Shown here in pieces: positions 11,439-20,566 of a DNA stretch of 64,000 nucleotides. Below the pieces are notes generated by a model. The model was not told the DNA's origin and did no database searches. It was given only the letters and a program-made list of their open reading frames with translations. The position numbers and the translations under genes are program-made. The stretch's first letter is position 1. Each line of letters begins with the position of its first letter. The DNA is from an uncultured bacterium (lineage in GTDB: Bacteria > Planctomycetota > UBA1135 > GCA-002686595): positions 32,001-96,000 of the forward strand of contig CALSNU010000006.1 of the NCBI GenBank assembly GCA_943787795.1, read 5' to 3'.

Positions 11439-12725
11439 TTAGACCTCCTGGAGAGGCCCATTGCTGTCCCCGAACGAGGTGGGAGCGCCGTCGATCGCCG
11501 CGAGCAAGCTCGCGTACAGGTTGCAGAGCGGCGTCGGTCGAGGCTGTCGAACGTGACGGCCTCCGCGCCAGGGCCCGCCTGCGATGACCAGCGGGAGGTC
11601 GTCGGGTTGATGTCGGTTCCCGTCGGCGAGCCCGGATCCGAACTGGACCACCGTTCGATCGAGGAGCGTCCCTTCGCCTTCGGCGTGGCTGGAGAGGCGG
11701 CGGACAAGGTACGCGGCCTGCTCGGCGTGCCAGCGATTGATCCGGGCGTACTGGTCCATGCGGTCCGGCTTGCGCTCGTGATGGGAGAGGGCGTGGTGCC
11801 CGCCCTCGACCCCCTCAAGAAACGAGAAGCTCTGTCCGGAAACCGAGTTCCCGAACATGAGCGAAGCGACCCGCGTGCTGTCCGTACGCAGCGCCTCGTA
11901 GATGATGTCGAGCATCAGCCGGACCCGCTCAGGGAAGCCCGGGAGGGCGTCCTGGGAGGGCCTGAGCCCCTGGGGGGCCTCGAGGGCCGCGCGCTCGGCG
12001 GCGGCCAGGCTCCCGAGTCGTGCCTCGAGGTCTCGGACGCTCTCCAGGTACTCCTCCAGCTTCGCTCGATCCGCCCCGCCGAGACGGCGCCGGAGCCCGC
12101 GGGCCTCCTCGAGCACCAGGTCGAGGGCCCCGGGCTCCGCCGCGGCGTTGACGGCTCCGCTCCAGCGGGTCAGCCGTGCGTAGGCTCGGCGGGGGTCGAT
12201 CTCTCGCGGCGCGGGCTGGGTCGGGCTCCGCCATGAGATGTTCGCGCCATAGACCGTGCTGTAGCCCATGTCGACCCGGTTGCGCACCGGCTCGATACCG
12301 AGGACAAGGGAGTGGATCGGGGTCTGGCCCGCGTGGCGGGCTGCGATCACCTGGTCGATGGAGGTCCCCACCCGCAGGTCCCGGCCCCCGGTCCGGTGCA
12401 CGGGGGCGCCGGAGAGCCAGGCCGTCGTCTTGACGTAGTGCCCCTCGCCGGCTCGGCTCGCGCGATGGAGCAGGTTGCCGAGGACCAGCACCTGGTCTCG
12501 ATGGGGAGCGAAGGGAGCGAGCGTCGGCGACCACTGGAAGTCGGCGCCGGTGCCCTCGGGGCGCCAGGCCGCGGGCAGCATGCCGTTGGGGGCGAAGAGG
12601 GCCACGTAGCGCAGCGGCGCGAGCTCGCGGGAGGGCGCCATGGCCTCCAGGAGCGGGAGGGCCAGCGCGGCGCCCGTTCCCCGCAGGAGGGCGCGTCGAG
12701 GGATCGGGGTTCGGAGGGGCCTCAT
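11439..12725 (-). CDS. DUF1552 family protein
   Basis: Tat-like RRALLRGTGAALALPLLEAM; PNGM, SIDQVIA, HHALSHH, GTLLDRT and GNRH motifs. Confidence 0.9.
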   Translation of the reverse strand: MRPLRTPIPRRALLRGTGAALALPLLEAMAPSRELAPLRYVALFAPNGMLPAAWRPEGTGADFQWSPTLAPFAPHRDQVLVLGNLLHRASRAGEGHYVKTTAWLSGAPVHRTGGRDLRVGTSIDQVIAARHAGQTPIHSLVLGIEPVRNRVDMGYSTVYGANISWRSPTQPAPREIDPRRAYARLTRWSGAVNAAAEPGALDLVLEEARGLRRRLGGADRAKLEEYLESVRDLEARLGSLAAAERAALEAPQGLRPSQDALPGFPERVRLMLDIIYEALRTDSTRVASLMFGNSVSGQSFSFLEGVEGGHHALSHHERKPDRMDQYARINRWHAEQAAYLVRRLSSHAEGEGTLLDRTVVQFGSGLADGNRHQPDDLPLVIAGGPWRGGRHVRQPRPTPLCNLYASLLAAIDGAPTSFGDSNGPLQEV

Positions 12726-14554
12726 GGGTTCCGACGGGACGTGAACGCCGGGCTCCCGACGATACCTCGGATGAGTGAGGAGAAGCGATAATCGTCCCCG
12801 GCGGCCTTCAGGAGAGCCGCTCGCAGGTGTTGATCGTCGGCCAGCCCTGGAGGTCGCCCGACGGCGTAGGTGAACAGGGCGTGCTGGAGGGCGACAAGGA
12901 ACCGGTGTGGGTCCTGTCGGAGGGCGATCTTGAGACCCACGGGGCCGTCGACCTCCGCGCCCGAGGGGAGGGTCACGCGCGTCTGGATCGGCGGCTCATC
13001 GGGGCGCCCGGCGCGCCAGCGGCCGATGCCGTCGAAGGCCTCGAGGGCCAGACCGTAGGGGTCGAAGAGCGCGTGGCAGCCGGCGCAGGCGGGCTTGTCG
13101 CGGTGCGCCTCCAGCCGCTCGCGCAGCCCCAATCCATCCTTCTGGCGGTCGTCCTCGGGCAGGACGCCGGCCTCCGGCGGAGGCGGCGGCGCTGCCCGTC
13201 CCAGCAGCCGCTCCATGACCCACTGTCCCCTCTGGACGGGGCTGGTTCTCAGGGGCGTCGAGGTGACCGTGAGGATGGCGCCCATGCCCAGGACACCTCC
13301 TCGGCGACGGTCCGACAGCGGGGTCCGGCGGAGCTCGTTGTGTCCCACCGGCGGGAGGCCGTAGTGCGCCGCGAGGCGGTCGTTCAGGAAGGCGTGGTCA
13401 GAGTCGAGCACCTCAAGCACGCTGCGGTCCTCGAGGATCAGGTCCGTGAAGAAGGCCTCGGCCTCGCGGCGCAGGTCACGGCGAAGGGCCGGCTTGAAGG
13501 CCCGGAACCTGCGGACGTCGGGGGTCACGTCCTCGAGTTCGCGGAAGCCGAGCCACTGCGCGGCGAAGTCCTCGGCGAGCCAGCGGGACCGTGGGTCGCC
13601 CAGCATCCTGGCGGCGGCGGCACGCGCGGCGGCCGCTCCCTGCAGGGCCCCGGAAGCGGCCTCCTCCTTCAGGCCATCGTCCGGGAGGGTGCCCCACAGG
13701 AAGAGCGCGAGTCGACTCGCGAGCTCGTACCCTTCCAGGGGCCAGGGGTCGAGGAGTCCTGGCCGGTCGTCCTCGAGGCGATAGATGAACGACGGAGCCA
13801 GCAAGATAGAGCGCAGGGCCTCTTCCATAGCCGCGTCCACGTCCTCGCCTTGGGCCAGCGCGCGCTCGACGAGCTCCGCCCTCGCGGACACCTCCGCGTC
13901 CGTGGCCGGGCGGCGAAAGGCACGTCCCGCCAACTCGCGGATCGCCGCAGCTCGGTCCATCTCCGTCGATAGGTCTGCGCCTCGGAGGGGGTCCACGCCC
14001 TCGGCGCGGAGTTGGTCGAGGATGGCCTCGACGAACTCAACCCAGCGCTCGAGGTCGAGAGGACCGAGGAAGTGCGCGTCGCCGGTGGTGTCGAAGCCGT
14101 AGGCAGACGCCTCGCGGGGTAGGAACCGGCCCACCTCGAGCTCCACACCCAACAGGTCACGGAGCACGCCGCGCAGCTGGGACCGCGTCAGGCGGCGGAG
14201 GGTCGGGCGTCCCGGGTCGCCGGGCTCCAGCCCTAGCCACGTCTGAACGCCCGCGCGGAGCAACGCATGCTCGTCGGGGTCGAGCGGCTCCTCCGGCGGC
14301 ATCTCCCCCGCCTCGACCCGGCGCACGGCGCGGGTCAGGGTCCCGGTGTGCTGGGTCGGGTTCGCCAGGGCCGCGAGGAGGTCAAGGCCGCCCTCGGACC
14401 GCGAGCCCTCATGGCACTCGAGGCACGTGAGCTCGATGAGGTCCCGCGCCCCTTGGGGCATCGGAGCCGGCTCAACCTCGGAGTCCTGGGCACTGGCCCA
14501 GGCACCGGCTGCGGGCCCCATGACGAGGAGCGCGAGGAGCTGTAGCGAGGCCAT
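12722..14554 (-). CDS. DUF1592/DUF1588/DUF1587-type protein with planctomycete cytochrome c domain
   Basis: CLECH...MPP, LRRLT, YELASRLALFLW, QWLG, RTSPVQRG, CAGCH and DPYGLALE. Usual partner of DUF1552. Confidence 0.9.
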   Translation of the reverse strand: MASLQLLALLVMGPAAGAWASAQDSEVEPAPMPQGARDLIELTCLECHEGSRSEGGLDLLAALANPTQHTGTLTRAVRRVEAGEMPPEEPLDPDEHALLRAGVQTWLGLEPGDPGRPTLRRLTRSQLRGVLRDLLGVELEVGRFLPREASAYGFDTTGDAHFLGPLDLERWVEFVEAILDQLRAEGVDPLRGADLSTEMDRAAAIRELAGRAFRRPATDAEVSARAELVERALAQGEDVDAAMEEALRSILLAPSFIYRLEDDRPGLLDPWPLEGYELASRLALFLWGTLPDDGLKEEAASGALQGAAAARAAAARMLGDPRSRWLAEDFAAQWLGFRELEDVTPDVRRFRAFKPALRRDLRREAEAFFTDLILEDRSVLEVLDSDHAFLNDRLAAHYGLPPVGHNELRRTPLSDRRRGGVLGMGAILTVTSTPLRTSPVQRGQWVMERLLGRAAPPPPPEAGVLPEDDRQKDGLGLRERLEAHRDKPACAGCHALFDPYGLALEAFDGIGRWRAGRPDEPPIQTRVTLPSGAEVDGPVGLKIALRQDPHRFLVALQHALFTYAVGRPPGLADDQHLRAALLKAAGDDYRFSSLIRGIVGSPAFTSRRNP

Positions 14555-14615
14555 GACGGATGGTAACCGACGCCAACGATCACGCGGCCGACGGCCCGCT
14601 AGAGCGCTGAGCAGC

Positions 14616-14861
14616 TCAGTCCGTCGGCTCCGTCAGCGTGGAGAGCCCGAAGTCCGATTCGAGGTCCAGCATGTCGTGGAGCTTGAGGCGGATCTCAGCG
14701 TATTCCTCATCGGTCAGGGCGCCCGCCTCGTGAGCTGCCTGGAGGTCCATGAGCTCCTGGCCGAGGGTGATGTGGCGGTTGATCGTGATGTCGGCTCGGT
14801 TCCCGACGGCGCAGGCGGGGAGGAGCAGGAGGAGGAGTGCGGCGGTGGAGGTGCGGAGCAT
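14616..14861 (-). CDS. Small SHOCT-domain lipoprotein
   Basis: Lipobox LLPAC; LGQELMDLQAAHEAGALTDEEYAEIRLKL matches the SHOCT pattern. Confidence 0.7.
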   Translation of the reverse strand: MLRTSTAALLLLLLPACAVGNRADITINRHITLGQELMDLQAAHEAGALTDEEYAEIRLKLHDMLDLESDFGLSTLTEPTD

Positions 14862-14911
14862 GGTCGTGTTGCCTGGGAAGAGGGAATGTGGGGACGGGCG
14901 AGGCCCGGGTG

Positions 14912-15811
14912 TCACTCGGCCGGCGGGATCAACTTCGGCGTCGTGCGCGGCCAGAGCCTCGCGGTCTCGTCCGGGGCCTTGAGCTTGCCTTCCGGATCCA
15001 CATGGTGGGCTGAGACGAAGAGGGCCAGCGAGGACCCGGGCTCGTTCGCCGGGGCGACGAGTAGGAGTTGGCGATCCTCCGTCAGGAGTCCCTCTGTCGT
15101 CACCCGCTGGAGCAGTGTCACCGGCTGCTGGAGGGTCACCGGAGTCTGGCTCCCCGGCAGGGTGACCTCGCGTTCGGAGGACTCGAGCCGGACGTCGGCG
15201 TAGTTGGCGAGCACGGTGACGCCCATGGCCTGGCTCACGGGGGCCGCCGACAGCTCAACCTCGAAGCCCTCGGTAGCGACTCCAACCACTGGGTCGGCGA
15301 GGAGGGCCGAACCCGAGTCGACCACCTTGAAGGACTCGATGAAGGCCACCTGGTCGGCGACCATGAGGGAGCCCTTGGCCCCGGGGTGGAGCATGAGCTT
15401 GGGGGCGCTCACCAGATCCCCTTGGGTTCGGGCAAGGAAGGCGGGGACCTCGCCGGATGGGACCTCCAGAGCGAAGGTCCGTCCCTCCCTGCCGGTCCAT
15501 CGGGCCAACTCTGCGTTGGAGCACTGGAGGATCTTGCACTCGAGGAGGACCATGCCTTGAACAACGGGGTCGTCCGAGGTCTCCGGCTCGTCCGAGGTCA
15601 CCGGCTCGTTGAAGGTCACCGGCTCAGCCCTCTCGAGGGGTGCACCGTCCTCCGCGTTGCCTTGGGCCTTCCAGATGCCCGAGTAAGCGTTGGCCTCGTA
15701 GGTCACAGGCCAGGTCTGGGAGTCGGAGAGAGGGAGGGCGGACGGAGCGGCGGCCTGGCAGCCGACCGCGAGCGCGGGGAGTACGAGGCCGGCTATGTGG
15801 AAGCGTGACAT
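14912..15811 (-). CDS. Lipoprotein with secretin-like (type II/III secretion C-terminal) domain
   Basis: Lipobox LAVGC; VLLECKIL...LVSAPKLMLHPGAKGSLMVADQVAFI...EGFEVEL...QPV resembles secretin core motifs. Confidence 0.55.
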   Translation of the reverse strand: MSRFHIAGLVLPALAVGCQAAAPSALPLSDSQTWPVTYEANAYSGIWKAQGNAEDGAPLERAEPVTFNEPVTSDEPETSDDPVVQGMVLLECKILQCSNAELARWTGREGRTFALEVPSGEVPAFLARTQGDLVSAPKLMLHPGAKGSLMVADQVAFIESFKVVDSGSALLADPVVGVATEGFEVELSAAPVSQAMGVTVLANYADVRLESSEREVTLPGSQTPVTLQQPVTLLQRVTTEGLLTEDRQLLLVAPANEPGSSLALFVSAHHVDPEGKLKAPDETARLWPRTTPKLIPPAE

Positions 15812-15854
15812 CAGGGGCGAGGGCTGGGGTTGGGGGTGGCAGCCTGATGCCGCC

Positions 15855-17951
15855 CTAGGGGAGGTCGAGGATACCTGTACGCTCCGAGTTCCTGAGGGTT
15901 TCGATCTCCACTCCGTAATTGACGTCCAGGCCGAGCCGCACGTTCCAGGGGACCTCGTCCTTGTCGCAAGCGACGCCGAGGGCGGTGGCGGGCTGCGCGT
16001 GGCCGGACCCGAGGCGCGCGAGGAGGCTCGCGACGCCCGAGCGGTGACCGGCGCGCCCGACGGCGAGGGCCAGCGTGGCGCCATCGGAGGTTGACGACGC
16101 GGCGTCGAGGAGGGAGGCCATCCGGATGAGCTTGCGCGGCGGGGCAATGAGCGCGAGGGCGGCGCCGAGTTGATCAGCGAGCCCGGCGTCACGGTGGCCC
16201 TGCTCGAGAGCCTCGAGCAGGGGGTCGACGGCGCCCGCTGCGCCCATGAGCCCGAGGCCGATGGCGATGTGGCCCCTGGCACGCGCCTCGGAGGTCCCCT
16301 TGAGCTTCTTCAGGAGCAGGGGGCTCGACGGAGCCGCGTGCATCATGCCAAGGGCAAGGGAGATGGCGCCGACGTCGTCGGGGCTCGTGCTTCGACCGAG
16401 GGCGCCCTCGAGCCTGCGCCGGGCGAGTGGGCTGAGGCTCCGTGAGCCCTGCTGTGCGCCTTGGCCGAGGACGCCGAGGGCGAGGGCGGCCCAGTGGGTC
16501 TCTCGACGCGTTCCGCTCACGAGGTGATCGAGGAGCAGACGCTCGGCGGGTTCGAGGTAGGCGAAGGGGAACGGCCCGCCACCCGGCCGGCCAGCCTGGC
16601 GCGCGAGGGCGATCAGGGCAAACCGTCGGGTCAGCTCGTGGGGCGAGCGAGCGCATGCGCTGGCCAAGGCGGCGTGGGTGCGAGCGTTCAGGCCTTCGAG
16701 GGTGGAGCCCTGGCCGCCCGACGTGGCGAGCCGGCCCAGGGCGATGAGGATCGACTGGCGAACCAGCTCGGAGTCCTCGCTTGTCCCCTTCTCCAGGAGG
16801 TTCAGCAGGAGTGAGCCCGTCTCGGCAACCTCGTGCTGCGCCAGCGGACCGCCGGGCGCTTCAGTCAGGAGCCGGGCCAGGGCGGTAGGAATCTGGGCCC
16901 GGGCGTGGGACTGCCTCGTCCGACCGACCCGGCGCCCGTCCCCCTCCAGCGAGCCCCGGAGCCTGCGGAGGAGTTCGGGCCGGGTGAGGCCCGGCTGTGC
17001 GGACGTGGACCGCCACGGAAGACGAGTGAGTCCGAGGCTGGTGATGGCAGCGGCCACAACATCAGGTCGCGCCTCGTCGTCCGCGTCGACCAGGACAAGG
17101 AGCGACCCCGCGATCCTCCGTTGAAGCTCGGGGTCGATGGAGCGCGCCGCGATGAGACCGAGGCCATAGATCGCGAAGGCGCGCAGGCGAACCGGGACGG
17201 TGGAGCGGCCGCAGAGCCGGTGCCCCAGCTCGGAGTTCCACGCGAGGGCCATGAGCGGCTCGGCCCCCCTGTCCTCACCCAGGATCCCGAGCGCCAGAGC
17301 GGCGGATTCGGCCACGGGCAGCGACGGGTGTGGGAGGAACGCCCTCAGCTCGGGGAGCAAGGGCTCGCCGGCTCGAGCGCTCCCGAGCTTGGCGAGGGCC
17401 ATCAGGCTCGCCGAGAGCTCCGCTGAGCTCGGGCTCCCGTGAACGACCCGGAGCAGGGCCGGCGCCACGGCGGCGCGCACGATGCTCGTGGGAATCCTCG
17501 TCCCTTGCGGAGTGACGCGGCCCTGTCCACGCCCGAGGAAGAACTCATCGCCACCACGGTGCATCGCAGCCGGCCCGTACGGCGCTGCGGCGGCGATGAC
17601 GCTGGGCCCGTTGAAACGCCACCACTGAATCCACCTCTGCATGTCCTCCGTGCTGCGGGGAGCGGGGCCAAAAAAAGGCGAGGGTCCAGCAGTCGGCGGG
17701 GCCAGCTCCGGCGTCCTCGGCTTCGGGGACCCGAAGTTGGGCAGCGCGGGCTCGGGCGCCACGGGCGGCGGCGCCGTGTCCGCTGGTCCTGGGGCATCGG
17801 GTGGGACGGTGTCGCCGGCGTTGGCGCGGCTTCCAAAGGTGCAGCCGCCCACGGACTGAGGGGGCGAGGAGGCGCCTGCATCGGCGCAGAGGCACAGGAG
17901 CAGGGCGATACTGAGGGTCGTCCGTGGGCTCGGGCAGGCGATCAAGGTCAT
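15855..17951 (-). CDS. Exported HEAT-repeat protein
   Basis: Signal peptide, Pro-rich linker and repeated AALALG/LIALGR/ISLALG helical units. Confidence 0.75.
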   Translation of the reverse strand: MTLIACPSPRTTLSIALLLCLCADAGASSPPQSVGGCTFGSRANAGDTVPPDAPGPADTAPPPVAPEPALPNFGSPKPRTPELAPPTAGPSPFFGPAPRSTEDMQRWIQWWRFNGPSVIAAAAPYGPAAMHRGGDEFFLGRGQGRVTPQGTRIPTSIVRAAVAPALLRVVHGSPSSAELSASLMALAKLGSARAGEPLLPELRAFLPHPSLPVAESAALALGILGEDRGAEPLMALAWNSELGHRLCGRSTVPVRLRAFAIYGLGLIAARSIDPELQRRIAGSLLVLVDADDEARPDVVAAAITSLGLTRLPWRSTSAQPGLTRPELLRRLRGSLEGDGRRVGRTRQSHARAQIPTALARLLTEAPGGPLAQHEVAETGSLLLNLLEKGTSEDSELVRQSILIALGRLATSGGQGSTLEGLNARTHAALASACARSPHELTRRFALIALARQAGRPGGGPFPFAYLEPAERLLLDHLVSGTRRETHWAALALGVLGQGAQQGSRSLSPLARRRLEGALGRSTSPDDVGAISLALGMMHAAPSSPLLLKKLKGTSEARARGHIAIGLGLMGAAGAVDPLLEALEQGHRDAGLADQLGAALALIAPPRKLIRMASLLDAASSTSDGATLALAVGRAGHRSGVASLLARLGSGHAQPATALGVACDKDEVPWNVRLGLDVNYGVEIETLRNSERTGILDLP

Positions 17952-18165
17952 GGCAAGGGTGCGGTACGAGGGCGGCGGGCAGGGGGCTGCTCCGCGGGGC
18001 ACTCGTAGATGGCAAGCCGCGTGCCAATACCCGCGTTCCGACCCGGGAGGCCAGCTTGGGGTTGCGGCGTTACGTCCCAGGGACACCCGGTGACCTGGGC
18101 TCTCGCGTGGACCCCTGACGGGGCGGCTGCGCCGCTCCCACCGAATTGAGCCGCCCTGGGCCGCC

Positions 18166-18603
18166 TCAGCCAGTCACATGGGCGAGCGTCTCGATCACCT
18201 GTTCGACGGTCTCGGCCCAGGCCAAGGCGCCGGCGTCCACCTCCTTGAGCGCGTGGACGTGTTGTGCGCCGTGCAGGGTGACGTAGGGCTTGCCGAGCGC
18301 GGAGAGGGCGCCGGCGTCGAAGGCGGCGTTCCACTGCCTGTACTCGTCGCCGAAGCGCACCACGGCGAGATCGCACTGCCGTATGAGGGTCGAGGTGCGC
18401 ATGGCGTTGACCCCCGCTGACTTGTGGTCCCGCCAGTAGCCCTCGGCGGCGGGAGGGAGGTGATCACCGGCGGCATCGCTGGCGGCGTGGTCGGTGACGG
18501 CCGAGGTGAAACGTACGGGAAGCTCGCGCTCTGCGGCCTGCCGCTTGAGGTCCTCGCGCCACGCGGTGTGCACCTCCCCGGAGAGGTAGATGGTCCAGAT
18601 CAT
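18166..18603 (-). CDS. YtoQ family protein
   Basis: IYLSGEVHTAWR, HAASD, VVRFGDEYRQWNAAFDAG and HALKEVD are characteristic of YtoQ. Confidence 0.85.
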   Translation of the reverse strand: MIWTIYLSGEVHTAWREDLKRQAAERELPVRFTSAVTDHAASDAAGDHLPPAAEGYWRDHKSAGVNAMRTSTLIRQCDLAVVRFGDEYRQWNAAFDAGALSALGKPYVTLHGAQHVHALKEVDAGALAWAETVEQVIETLAHVTG

Positions 18604-18628
18604 GGGGGCGAGTCTAGACCTCATGGCA

Positions 18629-18663
18629 GCAGGCCGCGCCCCCAGATCGAGGGCGCGGCCTGC
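18629..18663. terminator. Perfect 13-bp inverted repeat (candidate terminator hairpin)
   Basis: GCAGGCCGCGCCC-N9-GGGCGCGGCCTGC, downstream of the 18753..20189 gene. No U-tract. Confidence 0.45.
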
Positions 18664-18752
18664 GCAATCTCCGGTGTCCCCGTCGGGGGCCCGTCACCGA
18701 CCCGCTGGGCAGCGATGGGCACCGGGCTCCAGTCTTCACCGAGTGAAGGTGC

Positions 18753-20189
18753 TCACTGGAAGGTGATGGAGAGCCCGTCGGTGAAGTTGGAGGTCGCCAT
18801 GCCGCCGACGGCGTCCCGGTACCAGGCCTGGAAGTTCCAGGTGTCCCCGGGCTGAACCGAGACGAAGCCGGTCGGCTGGGGCGTCTGGGTCAGGTCAAGG
18901 GTCAGGGCGACCTCACCGGCGGTGCCGGAGTTGACGATCTGCCCCGGCCCGACGTAGCGGCCGATCGCGCCGCCCAGACAGAGGTTGCCCTGGCTCCCGC
19001 CGGGGTTGCTCACATTGCCCTGGGTCTGGCTGATGAGGAAGAAGGCGAAGGAGTTGCTCGGCAGGTCTGCCGCCGCGATGGTCAGGGCGTTGGCCGAGGT
19101 CGTCAGGCTGCCCGAGGCGAGCATGGCGCCCGAGGTGCCGGCGGAGTTCACGGCACCGGGGTCGCAGTAGCGCGTGCCCAGGCTGCCCGAGAAGTACGCG
19201 TCCCGGTGGGCCAAGATCTCGGGCAGAGCGAGCTTCCCGTCATAGACGGCGACCCCTCGGATCCGCCCCTGGTCCATGGGGTCCCACGGAGCCCCGGCAG
19301 GGTTGTAGATCTGACCGATGCCCTGCATGCCCTGCAGCACCGGGGCGTACGGGACGCTGCCGAAGCTCAACCCGTCCACGAACAGCTCCGTGACTCCGAG
19401 GGTCGTGTCGGCCACGAACACGAGGTGTACGTCCTCGCCAGGCAGGTTGAAGCCGCTCGTGTAGTAGAGATCGACGACCCCGAACTGGGTGAGGCCGTAC
19501 TGATCGGAGTTCGCGTACTGCTCGAACTTGATGCCCGCGCTGTCGCCGGTGGGGGTGTTCACTGCCCCCATGAGCGCGTTGCTCAGGCCGTCGTTGGAGC
19601 CATAGACCACGAACTCGTAGGTCATCCCGTTGACGCCCGACGGGGTGCCGATGTCATCGTCGATGGGGCCCTGAAGGTCGGAGTTGGTGTAGGCCGCCGT
19701 GGTCCCGGCGTTCACCGCCGAGAGCCACGAGGAGATGGAGCCTGACGGGCCAGGGATGGTCACCTCGGAGGCGTTCAGCAGGCCCGCTCCGGTGGAGCCG
19801 TTCCAGCCGCCAACCCGGATGAAGAGGCTGTCCCCGGCGTTGAGGGGCGTCGATGCCGAGCTCTGGAGCCCGCAGCTGTCGTCGTTGCAGATCAGCGAGT
19901 TCAGCGCCGCGCAGGAGCCGTCGAACAGCTCGATGGCCGTGTCGTAGCTGCTCCCGCACGTATCGAAGACAAAGGTCCCCGCGTTGGCTGCCGTGAACGT
20001 GTACCAGAGGTCGGGCGCTCCTGTGCCGGCGCAGGGCCAGGCGACGCCGCTCTGGGTCGCCGCAGAGGTGTCGTAGGCGACTGAGCCCAGGGAGAGGGGG
20101 CTCGCGGTGGTGCAATCGTCGTTCTGCGCTACGGCAGCGGCGGTCAGCGCCGATGCGACCGCGAGGAGGGTGGGGAGGCGTCGATACAT
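18753..20189 (-). CDS. Secreted multidomain protein (NDDC beta-sandwich domain, LamG-like middle, distinct C-terminal domain)
   Basis: Signal peptide; QNDDC...DLWYTF...DTCGSSYDT...CNDDSCG; HLVFV...LFVDG...VAVYDGKL; C-terminus GTRYC...NLCLGG...WNFQAWYRD. Confidence 0.75.
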   Translation of the reverse strand: MYRRLPTLLAVASALTAAAVAQNDDCTTASPLSLGSVAYDTSAATQSGVAWPCAGTGAPDLWYTFTAANAGTFVFDTCGSSYDTAIELFDGSCAALNSLICNDDSCGLQSSASTPLNAGDSLFIRVGGWNGSTGAGLLNASEVTIPGPSGSISSWLSAVNAGTTAAYTNSDLQGPIDDDIGTPSGVNGMTYEFVVYGSNDGLSNALMGAVNTPTGDSAGIKFEQYANSDQYGLTQFGVVDLYYTSGFNLPGEDVHLVFVADTTLGVTELFVDGLSFGSVPYAPVLQGMQGIGQIYNPAGAPWDPMDQGRIRGVAVYDGKLALPEILAHRDAYFSGSLGTRYCDPGAVNSAGTSGAMLASGSLTTSANALTIAAADLPSNSFAFFLISQTQGNVSNPGGSQGNLCLGGAIGRYVGPGQIVNSGTAGEVALTLDLTQTPQPTGFVSVQPGDTWNFQAWYRDAVGGMATSNFTDGLSITFQ

Positions 20190-20566
20190 GGCAACTCAGG
20201 GGAAGGGAGAAGGAGAGGGCCGGGGGTGGAGCCGGTTCACGCTCCACGATAGTCCAGTTCTCGATTCTTGCACGGGGTCAGTCCTCGCCATGCAATCAGG
20301 GCGATTCCACGGGTGCCCAGGGCGATTCCTGCGGTGGCCAGGATGCGCCCTGAGGACGGGTCCCTGTCGCTCGGCTCTCGCGCGGAGCCTCGCGACGGTG
20401 CGGATCGTCGGGCTGGGCGCGATGGAGGGCTTCGCTACTGCACACGCGGCCGGGCCAGGGCGCGTCGTTGGACGGGGCTGCGCACAAGGGACCACGGACT
20501 GACTCGGCTCGGCTTGTTAGGCTCGTCGACTCGCGGTGACGCCCTCCTCCCCTCCACAAACTGATC

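Noticed and set aside
11439..14554. DUF1552/DUF1592 pair as a novel system
   Set aside because: This is a well-known, highly paralogous planctomycete gene pair, with nothing unusual in this copy.
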